A stretch of DNA of 28,073 nucleotides from Fonticula alba ATCC 38817 (Eukaryota; Protista; Nucleariida): assembly GCA_000388065.2 (NCBI GenBank), contig KB932208.1. The stretch is one strand, 5' to 3'. A program made the translations under genes and the position numbers. Under the pieces are notes generated by a model, which was given only the letters and a program-made list of their open reading frames with translations, had not been told where the DNA came from and did not search any database. Each line of letters starts with the position of its first letter. The stretch's first letter is position 1. Positions 11,211-21,139 of the stretch are shown piece after piece.

Positions 11211-11467
11211 TGCGCCGCCCTTCTGCCTGATTCGCGTCCGGCTGTCACCGCGCGGCAAGCCGCTCACCCTCCAGTCTTCTCCCCCGGCCTCTTTCCACGC
11301 CCTGTGCACAGTGCCCTTCCACCACCACCACCGCCACCGCCACCACCGCCGCCGGCACCCCTGCCCACTGTTCCCCCGGCCCACCCTCCTGTTGGTGCAT
11401 CCCCACGTACCTGCACGCCCGAAAACCGGTCAATGAGCGCTGTGCCCGGACAGGCAGCCCCGCTCGA

Positions 11468-14090
11468 ATGACTGGCCTTTTCGTGCCCTCCCCATTCGTC
11501 GATCATGAGCCCTCCCGCCCCCTAATCCCCTGCCAGCTGCCGCCGGCCATCTCCTCATTGCTGCACTTTCCGGTTGTCGTGACCCTGGTGACCGCACTCC
11601 TCTTTGCCGTGGTCAGCTTTGCCCTGCTGTCGATCTTCCTCGATGTGACCGACGAGGAGGCCGACCCGGCCTCCGAGGGCCCCTGTCCCCACCATCCCCA
11701 TGCCGGTCACCGCTGTGACCACCGCCACCCCCATCGCCACTGCTCTCGCCCGGCTGACGCGCGCTGCCCGACCCTGGTCGACGCCCGCGCGCCGGGCTGC
11801 TCCCGCCACCGTCGCTGTGCATCAGCGCTGACAGGAGCGCGGCCGGTGACCGAGCCCCATGCGACCGATCTGACCGGGTCCGCTGGTGGCGGTGGCGGTG
11901 GCAGTGGCGGCGACCATCATCCCGGCGACTCGGCCGCCGATGACCGGTGCTGTGCCGGCGACTGCTGCGACGGGGCCCACGAGCACGACCCGCATGATGC
12001 CCACTACTCCGACAACATGGACGGCTATACGGACGACGAGTACACCGACTCCGATCATGCCGAGGAGGGCGAGCACTGCCATTCGATCTCCGGCCCGGCG
12101 GCCGCCGGCCCCGCGGTCTTCCTGTCGGTGGAGTACATCGGCCCGACGTTCATTCTCCTCCAGTGCCGGCAACAGCTGGCCTCCGGCAGGCAGCCCGACG
12201 AGGCCCTCGCCCCGCCGCCCTTCGATCTGGTGGCCGGCCGCCGGGCCGAGATGCCGGCCCACTGCCCCGGCGCCGGGGCCTGTCAGGCTGGCCTGGTTGG
12301 GGTTTGCGCGATCTCGGCTGCCCGGCCGGCGGCCCGGCCTGCTCCGACGGTCTTGGTCAATGGCCTCGCATTTGGCGAGGATGCCGACAGGGCGCCCGGT
12401 GACGGCCCTCCCGGGGGGGGCCTCGACTCGACAGCCGTCTGGGCCCGGGGCTGCTCGGACCCCAGCCTGCCACCCCGGGGCCCCCCCTCGGTCAGCCTGG
12501 CTGGGGCCCTACCTCGCCCACTTGTGACCTTTTTCTACAGCGCCCACCAGCCGGGGGGCCGGCCGCTCGATACTGCCGATACTGTTGATGCTGCGGACAC
12601 TGCCGATGCTGCCGATGCCGCGGACGCTGCCGATGCTGCCGATGCCGCACGCCCCCAACTCAAGCTCCTGGTGCGTATGGACCGAAGGGGGGGGGGGGGG
12701 GTGCTCTTTTGCAGCCGCCCCCCGGACACATGCATTTGGCCACGATGACCATACTCACACCGACCTTCTCTGTGGCAGATCTCCGGCCTTGTCCCCTGCA
12801 AATCCTACAGCATCGAGATGAGCCTGTCCGGGCCCCTGCTCCCGATGTCCGACCGGGTTCACGTCGTGACACCTGCCACCAAAGGTGCGTCCCAGGGCCA
12901 GCCGAGCCGGGCCGCTGTGTGGCCGGACAGACACTGGCTGACCCTCTCTCGCTCCCCCCCCCCCCCCCCCCCCCCCCCCTCCCCCTCCTTGGATCGTGTC
13001 TCCGCCCGCCCGAACGCAGAGACCCCGCCCCCGGCTGATTGTGCCCTGGTGGTGGCCCTGCTGGCCCAACACTTCCTGGGGGCACCGGCCCCGGATGGGA
13101 ACTTCGGCCAGGCACCATGCATGGCCATGCAGTTGGAGGACGCCCCACCCGACCAGCATACTCCATCATCACTCTCATCGTCAACGGGGCTTACCGAGCC
13201 GGCTGCTCAGCTTCTTTCGGCCTTGGACCACTCGCTGCTGGACAAGCTGGCCCTCACGCGAGGACCGGCGCTCGATGCCCGGACGGCCGAACTCCTGCGC
13301 ATCACGATTGACCGCCTGGTTGCCGAGATTGAGGAAGCGGTACGTGTCGACACTGCTCGTCCTCCCCTCTCCCCTCTTCCCCCCCCCCTCTCTGTATTTT
13401 TGCGTCTCGTTTATCGGGGAGATGGCCACTCTGCGTGCCTGCACATGCGGCCATTCGTCACTCACCGCCACTGTCTTCTCTGGTGCCCGCAGAAATTGGC
13501 CAAGGCCGCCGCCGAATCGGAGACCCGCCGACGCAAGCGCGAGATGGCCCGTCTGGCTCGCAGCTCCCGGGCCAACCTCACTGTAGCCCAGTCCTCGCTC
13601 GAGCGGTACGTATGCATGTCTGCCAATTGCTCCCTCCTCCCACTCTCCCCCTCGATGGCAATCTGTGCGCATCTAACTCGAGGAATGTCCCCCCTTACCC
13701 GTCGCCGGTCTCCGGTATTGCACACAGTGAGGAGTCCAAGATCAGGAAAGAGAGTCAGCGCGCCGATGAGATGGCCAACCTGATCAAGCATATCGAGAGT
13801 GCGTTACTGTGAAAAGGCAGAGGGAGGGAAGGTGAGAGACCGCCTCCTCTCTTCTCCATTTGACGCGGCGCTAGGTCTTCCGCATCGGTGTCTGACATAT
13901 CGAATGCGGCTTTCTCGGCCCCGGGGGGGGGCCATCCACAGATCAACAGGAGACCGAACGCCTGGCCCTGGACGCTCGGATTCTCGAACGGGATGCCTTG
14001 CGCGGCCGGGTTCAACAACTCGAACAGAGTCACGACCGTGCTCTTGACGCTGCCCGGCAAGTGCGTCCAGCAGCCTCCATCTCCCTCCTG

Positions 14091-14125
<35 letters not shown>

Positions 14126-15344
14126 AGCACATATGATTTGCTTCCTCACACCCATCCTCATGACCCCCTCCCCCCGGCCCAGCTGGCCAAAACACTAGAG
14201 CAGCGTCTGAGCGACTCCAAGCGACTTTTGTCTGACCGCCTGACCGAACGCGGTGCGCATTCCTCCCATGCCCGGGATTTGCCCATGCCCCAGGGCCCCC
14301 CCCCCCCCCTCCCCCTTTTCCCCCCTCTGCCTAACACCTCGACCCTGGCGCTCGGCTGGCGCGGCCACGCGCTCACAGATGAACTTCGAACTCGGCAGCG
14401 CGAGCTGACCGCCGAATTGGCCACCCTTCGGTCAGAGCTCCGCGAAGACCGAGCTCCTCTCGAGCCACCCGCCCCAACCGGGCCCGCGTACGCCCCTGGC
14501 CGGGTGCTTGCCTTGCTGGACACCAACACCGGTGTCCAGCTTGAGAGTCTAACAGCCCATGTCCGGGCCTTGGTCGACTCGCCAGCCCGCCGGGACTGGC
14601 TCCAGGCCGTCCGGGCCCAGATCTCAGATGTGCGCCTGTCAGAGGGCCAGCGGCCAGCCTTTTCCTTTCAGTCCGCCTTTTTGTGCCTTCGCCCATCCTT
14701 CCGACCATGCCCCCATTGCTTACATCCGTGTTTTTGACGCGCGACGGTGCAGCTTGAATCCCGGCTCCCGGCGGCACAGGCACATACCGGTACGTCCAAG
14801 GGCTCCCCTCGCTCGCCGTCCATGCAGCCGGCCCTGTCTCCTTTCCGCCGGGTAGCTCGCTCGCTCGCTCACTCGGCGTGCCCCGCCCCCCCCCCCCCCC
14901 CCCCCACTCCCCATGTGCATGGCCACCTGTGTGCACAAATGACAGATGACTTGTCCCGGAATACCGGCCCCGGGCGAACCACCTATCAACAACGGTCCTC
15001 TCCGTCGGGTGCGGCCCCCGGCCCACGGCCCGGGGCAGATGCCACCCAGGCGGCATATCCCTTCCGGCCGCGGGGGGCCTTCCCTCGACCGGGTGGACGC
15101 TGGCCCGGTGCTCATCACACGCAGAATGGGTCCCCCTCACCGCCGCCGCCGCCACTACCAACCACGCCGTCCGGCGCCGGAGTCACCACGACTGCAATGA
15201 CTCCGCCACCACCTCCCTCCCCCTCGCCGCCCCTGCCGGCGGATCTCTCCGGCTCGCCTCGGCTTCGGGCCAGCGTGCGTGCTCCCTGCTCCACCTTGCG
15301 CGCTCCCTGCTCCGCCCATCGACGCCCGCCTCTCACTCGCCTCC

Positions 15345-15398
<54 letters not shown>

Positions 15399-15752
15399 TG
15401 TGATTCGCCATCTCCGCAGAAACCTCGCCAAGGTGGTATGGCTGACCTCTCGGCTGCCGGGCCTGCCCGCGGTCAGGGGCACTTCCCTGCGCAAACCAGC
15501 CCGGCCTTTTTCCCCTCGACATCAAAGACAAGTCGTCGTGGCGCATCGGGGCCCGGTGGATCGCCGGCCACCCTGGGGCCTCCGCGGCCCCCAGCTCCCG
15601 TTGGCCGGCATTCGGCGGCGGCTGCTTTCACCCCGCCCCTGCCTCCCCCTGGACCTTCGCTCACCCTCCCGCCGGGCCCCTCCACCCGGGCGCCCACTCT
15701 GTCATACGCACGAGCTGCGGCCTCCACACAGTCGGGCGCCCGGCCGACGTGA
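11468..15752 (+). CDS. Hypothetical membrane protein: N-terminal TM helix, His/Cys/Asp-rich segment, interrupted fibronectin type III-like domain, long coiled coil, Pro-rich tail (~983 aa)
   Basis: Eleven exons: 11468-12670, 12779-12884, 13020-13339, 13493-13605, 13728-13798, 13942-14060, 14183-14252, 14379-14629, 14753-14789, 14946-15274, 15420-15752 total 2952 nt. All introns GT-AG and phase-consistent. TM: FPVVVTLVTALLFAVVSFALLSIFL. FN3-like: LSVEYIGPTFILL and ISGLVPCKSYSIEM...SDRVHVVTP. Heptad-rich exons 3-8. Exon 1 may hide further introns. Confidence 0.7.
12569..12649 (+). repeat. Coding 9-bp tandem repeat x9 encoding (D-[AT]-[AV])n in gene 5
   Basis: gatactgcc gatactgtt gatgctgcg gacactgcc gatgctgcc gatgccgcg gacgctgcc gatgctgcc gatgccgca. 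Confidence 0.9.
15346..15398 (+). repeat. Poly-C run (~53 nt) in the last intron of gene 5
   Basis: Homopolymer directly visible between donor 15275 and acceptor 15419. Confidence 0.9.
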
Positions 15753-16485
15753 GGCCGCCCCGGGGCGTTTCTCGCCGACCGGCCGCCCATGTCGGAATGC
15801 GTCGGCCGGAAGGCAGGGCCGAGCGGGGGGGAGGGGGGAGAAAGACAGGGAGAGGGCGGCGACTCGGGGTCAGAGGGTGGAAGTTGGCCTGCCGGCTGCT
15901 TGTGGTCCGTCATTGCCCGGCTGTGTTGGGCCCTCGTCTGTCAGGGCAGCTCCCTGCATGTGTTCCCCCATTTGCAGGATGCCACCCTGCTCGTAACTGT
16001 ATATTAGCTTCGCTTTTCCCTTCCCCCTCTCGTCTCTTCTTCCCTATATCCCCAAAAGACCCTTCTATCTGCCGGAAAAAAAAGAAAACAAAAAGAAAAA
16101 GCGCCTCCCGATGCGCTCCACTGCATCCGCGTGCTCGATCGCTGGCGCCGAATATAGATAATCCCCCCTTCCCCGTCATTTTGCCCCTGCTTGCCGTGAC
16201 TCTGTCCGTGCACTCGTCCTCCCCCTCCCTCTCGCCCTCCTCTTTCTCCGCCGCTCGCTCCCTCTCTCCATATATAGACATATATCCGCATATCGATGTG
16301 CTCCCAGAGGGGCAGAAGGAGGGGGGAGACGAGGCGCAAGCACTGACAAGGATGCTCTTAAGGCTGGCACGCGTATATTCCAATGCACCTGGCAGAAAAA
16401 AGAAAGGGGAGAGACAGCACACAACAGGAGGTCCTCGTCCCGCGGAGGCCTCGGGCCATCGCTCGGCCGGGCAATTGTTCGACCA

Positions 16486-18470
16486 TTAGTCGCTCTTGCT
16501 GGAGAGGGCCACGACACCGGGGAGCTGGATGCCACTCAGGAGCTCGAGGCTGGCACCACCACCGGTGGAGACATGGGAGAACTTCTCGGTCAGGCCAAAC
16601 TTGGCGGCCGCGGTGATGGTATCACCACCGCCTGCAGGAGGGGGAGGAGGGGCGGCAAAGCATCAATGGGGAGTGAGTACAGGCGCGGGCCGGCCCCAAA
16701 GGAGCAGGAAGAGCCGGGGCAAAAGGCAAGAGGAACACCAACAGCCATGGACAAGCTGGACGCACAGACAATGGAGGTGGCGCCGTCGGCAGTGGCCGCG
16801 ACCACGGCGTCGGCAATCACACTGGAGCCCTTGGCAAAGGCATCGAACTCGAAGACGCCAGCCGGGCTGGGCACATGACATGCGGAAGGCAGCGATGAAA
16901 GCGGCCGCGAGTGTCAGTCGCGCAAGTGGGCGACCGGCAGGAAAGGGCGAGACACGGGGGGCGGGATGTGGATGTGTAGGCGGGCGCGGGCGCGGGNNNN
17001 NNNNNNGGGGGGGCGGCGGCGGCGTAGGCGCACCCGTTCCAGACAACAGTCTTGGCAGTGCGAATGGCCTTGGCGAAATTCTCCGCGGACTCGCTGCCGA
17101 TGTCCAGGCCCATCATGCCATCGGGAATGCCCGAGGCGTCGGTGGCATGACCGACCGTGGCATCGGGGGCGAAGCTGGCGACACGAGGATGGAGGAGCGA
17201 GGAGGGCAGGGGTGCTGGAGTTAGACCGGAGGGCATCGAGCGGGTGGGAAAGAAGAGCCGCATGCGTACCGGTCGGCGGTCACATAGTCCACCGGGAGGT
17301 GAATGGTGACGCCGCGCTCCTTGGCGCGATCAATGATCTGCTGGCAGAGGCTGGCGGACTCCTCGTCGAAAAGGGAGTTGCCGATCTTGACATTCTCAAT
17401 GGTCTTCTTGAATGCGAAGGCCATGGCGCCACCGATGATCAGCGAGTCGACCAGATCCAGGAGGTGCATGATGAGTTGGATCTTGTCGGACACCTTGGAC
17501 CTGCACAGCAGGGCCGAGGAGTAATCGCGAGACGTCAGCATGGAGTAGCCGAGGCAATGATCGAGAGGGGCAAGGGAGGCCTCGGGAAAGGGGCCACACG
17601 CGGGCATGTGCGCGTAGGACACGTACCCGCCCAGGATGGCAACCAGCGGCCGCTGCGGCCCCTCAAGGACCTTGGAAAAGTAGCGCAGCTCGCGCTCCAT
17701 CAGCAGGCCCGCGGCCCGGATCGGCAGGGACACACCGACAACGGAGCTATCCAAGAATGGGGTCAGTAAGTGCATGGGGGGGGGGGGNNNNNNNNNNNNN
17801 NNNNNNNNNNNNNNNNNNNNNNNNNNNNNNNNNNNNNNNNNNNNNNNNNNNNNNNNNNNNNNNNNNNNNNNNNNNNNNNNNNNNNNNNNNNNNNNNNNNN
17901 NNNNNNNNNNNNNNNNNNNNNNNNNNNNNNNNNNNNNNNNNNNNNNNNNNNNNNNNNNNNNNNNNNNNNNNNNNNNNNNNNNNNNNNNNNNNNNNNNNNN
18001 NNNNNNNNNNNNNNNNNNNNNNNNNNNNNNNNNNNNNNNNNNNNNNNNNNNNNNNNNNNNNNNNNNNNNNNNNNNNNNNNNNNNNNNNNNNNNNNNNNNN
18101 NNNNNNNNNNNNNNNNNNNNNNNNNNNNNNNNNNNNNNNNNNNNNNNNNNNNNNNNNNNNNNNNNNNNNNNGAAGCACGGGCCGAGGAGGGTGGGGTGCC
18201 GATCAAAAAAAAAAGCAGAACAAGCAGCGGAAGCATTCCGGCGTTTACCTATGGGCACGGTGGGCGGCGCCGAAGGCATCATTGATGTAGATGTCGCCAA
18301 AGCTGCTGAGGGCATCGCAGAAGGTCTTGATGTCCTCCTTGGAGGCAGTAAGCTATGTGACACCAGAGGAGGTGGCGCGGGGCGGCGGAGGGAGGGCGCG
18401 AGCGAGAGCCGGAGTGCGAAGGCGAGTGGCGGGTGAGGAAGGGAGCCGTGCTCGGGGGGGGGGCCGGGCC

Positions 18471-18512
<42 letters not shown>

Positions 18513-19013
18513 ATGGATGGGCGAGGGGAGGGGGGCCAAGCATGCCAGCAGGGTGAAACCCACCTTCTTGCCATCGACGACGGACTTGCCCTCCTCGAAG
18601 GGGGAGAAGCGAATGTTCTCCAGCATGAAAACCTGACCATCGGACGCGGCAGACAGCTTGTTGCGGATGGCCTCGCAGTCGGTGGAAATGTTCTCGGTCA
18701 GCAGGGTAACCGAAGACCCGAGCAGGCCGGCCAGGTGCGTGGCCACCGGGGCCAGGGAGTACTTGGGCACGACGCTGCCATCCGGCCGGCCCAGATGGCT
18801 GATCAGGACAATGGCCGCCGGCTTGAGAGCCTGCAGAGCCTGCAGGGTCGGCAGGGTGGCGGTAATGCGGCTGTCATCGGTGATGGTAGCCCCACGACCG
18901 GCCTCGTGCTTCAGGGGGACGTTGAAATCCACGCGCACGAGGACGCGCTTTCCGGCCACCTGCTCCGGCTTGATGTCGGAGAGGCTGAGCTTGTTGGACA
19001 GGAGGGTGGACAT
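16486..19013 (-). CDS. PGK1: Phosphoglycerate kinase
   Basis: Exons 19013-18564, 18352-18249, 17746-17627, 17500-17270, 17174-17034, 16866-16766, 16631-16486 total 1293 nt (430 aa). Motifs [64 protein letters not shown]. The gaps lie inside introns 2 and 5. Confidence 0.98.
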
Positions 19014-20897
19014 GGCTGGACGAGGCAAGGAACGGGACAAGGGGAGAGCGCGAGCAAAGAGCTGCGCGCGGCAGGGCGTCCAATTGAACAACGCCAAGGG
19101 GGGATGCAATTCGGTGGGGGGGGGTGAGAGTGGCAGTCAGAGGCAGGGGAGACAAGTGTCGTGGGCATTCCGGGNNNNNNNNNNNNNNNNNNNNNNNNNN
19201 NNNNNNNNNNNNNNNNNNGCTGTCTCGCTGGCGCCTGCATGCCAGTCGAGGTGTCAAAGGAACACTGGGGGAGAGTATGAAAGAGGAAAGATACCTGCAT
19301 CAGGGGGAGGGAGAGCGGGGGAGGGGGGCTGTCGGGGCAGCTGGTGACTCTCGAAGGGCCAGTTTCTCTTCTTCCTCTTCCGCGCCTTACTCGCGCCACA
19401 CACACACACACACACACACACACACCATGCGAGGCACATGCATTTTCGCGCACATCCTGGTCCCGTCCGGATCCCTGTCCGTCTCACGGGGGGCCTCCGC
19501 CGCGAAAAGGATCTGGCAACCCCGCAGGCCCTCCTGCAGATGCTCTGTTGTGATGATACCCCGATTGACATGGCGACGCTAGTGGCAATGCATTTGTCAG
19601 GACACCCCGCGCCACCGGTGGCTAGACGGGACGCGTCAGCACCTGGGCACCGGCAGAAAGGGGGGCATTCTCTGGAGCCTCTCCTGCGAAGCCCTCCCCC
19701 GCCCCCCCCCCCGCCCCGGTCCGCTGGCCAGACTTCTGCCTGGTACGCTCCGACCGGCGCCCTCCCCGCCTCCCAGGGGCTGACACCCAAACTCCCACAC
19801 CGGACGTGGGAATCTTCCCGCACATTTCGCGGATGATGCCACTCCCGGGGGGGACGAACTCCCATCGGACGCCCCGAGCAAGCGGTCTGTCCGCCGGCAT
19901 GAAACCTCTCGCCCGGGGGGGGAAGGGGGACAGGGCCGGGGCGTGTCCCCGGCTGGCTGCCCCAGCACCGGCTCCCGGCTCCTCGGCGCGGCAGGGGGGA
20001 ATGTCTGGCCTGGGGGGAGGGAATATCCCGCGATGCGCGAGGTGCCTTCCCCCCCCCCCCCCCCGAATGGAAGCGCCCCGACGGTCTGACGGCGCACGCA
20101 CGGCCCATCGAAAGACAAGGGTATATTGGTTGGGGACGGGCGGGGCGCGCGCGCGGCATGAACATATGCCAGCGCGCGTCCGACGCGCACATCCACACCA
20201 GACATGAGAGGGGGAAGAAGAAAGAGGGAGAGAGGGACAAATAACAAGGGACATGGACACAAGTGGAGTGAAGGGTGGTGGAGATATGGAGCAGGGCCGC
20301 GGGGGACACATGCCAAGCCGGCAGAGAACACACGCCTGGGGGGGGAGGGGGAGGCGGGGGGAAGGGTGGCAGACCGCTCCCGGGACGTGTGCGCTGCTGG
20401 CCGCCGACCTGCGAGGGGAAGAGAAGGGGTGTTGCGTTGCTGGGCGCGAGGGTGTCCTGGGCACGACTGGGACTGGAGCCGGCGCCGGGGCCACACACAC
20501 ACGCGCGCGCGCACGCACGCACGCGCGTCCGGAGAAAAAAAACAAGTACAGAGCGCCGCACAATCCAGGGGGAGAGAGAGAGAGAGAGGGAGAGAGGGAG
20601 AGCGGGAAGAAGGGAGAACGGGAAGAGCATGCACGCGCGCATGGGCCAAAGCATATGAACACGCGCACACGCACGCATACATACGCGCACACGGTGCTAG
20701 ATCGGCCACGCCACGAGACAGCATCTAATTGTGCTGCCGTAGGGGAAACCTGGCGGTGTGTGGCGCATGCATTGCAGCTTACGCGCATGGCCCCCCGAGA
20801 CCTTGCCGCGGTGCTCCGCCTTCGCCTTCTCTGTGGGGAGGGGCATGGTACACTACTGACTGTTGAATGTTGGGAAAGGAATAGGCACCGCGCGTTC

Positions 20898-21096
20898 TTA
20901 CCTAAGGAGGATGAATTCCGCGGCGAAATCCCTCGACATTCCGGGGTGAACCCCATGCTGCAGACCAAGTGCGAAGACGTAATTCCTGATCGGTGGGGAG
21001 GAGGGGCCGGGGCCGATTGGGTGGTTAATGAAAGAGCATGAATGGGCGGCCAGGCCCCTGCGGGCATGGACAAGACACCGCGGATGGAAAGGGAAA

Positions 21097-21139
<43 letters not shown>

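Noticed and set aside
19545-19615. C/D snoRNA candidate (TGATGA)
   Set aside because: No downstream CTGA D box at a plausible distance and no terminal stem.
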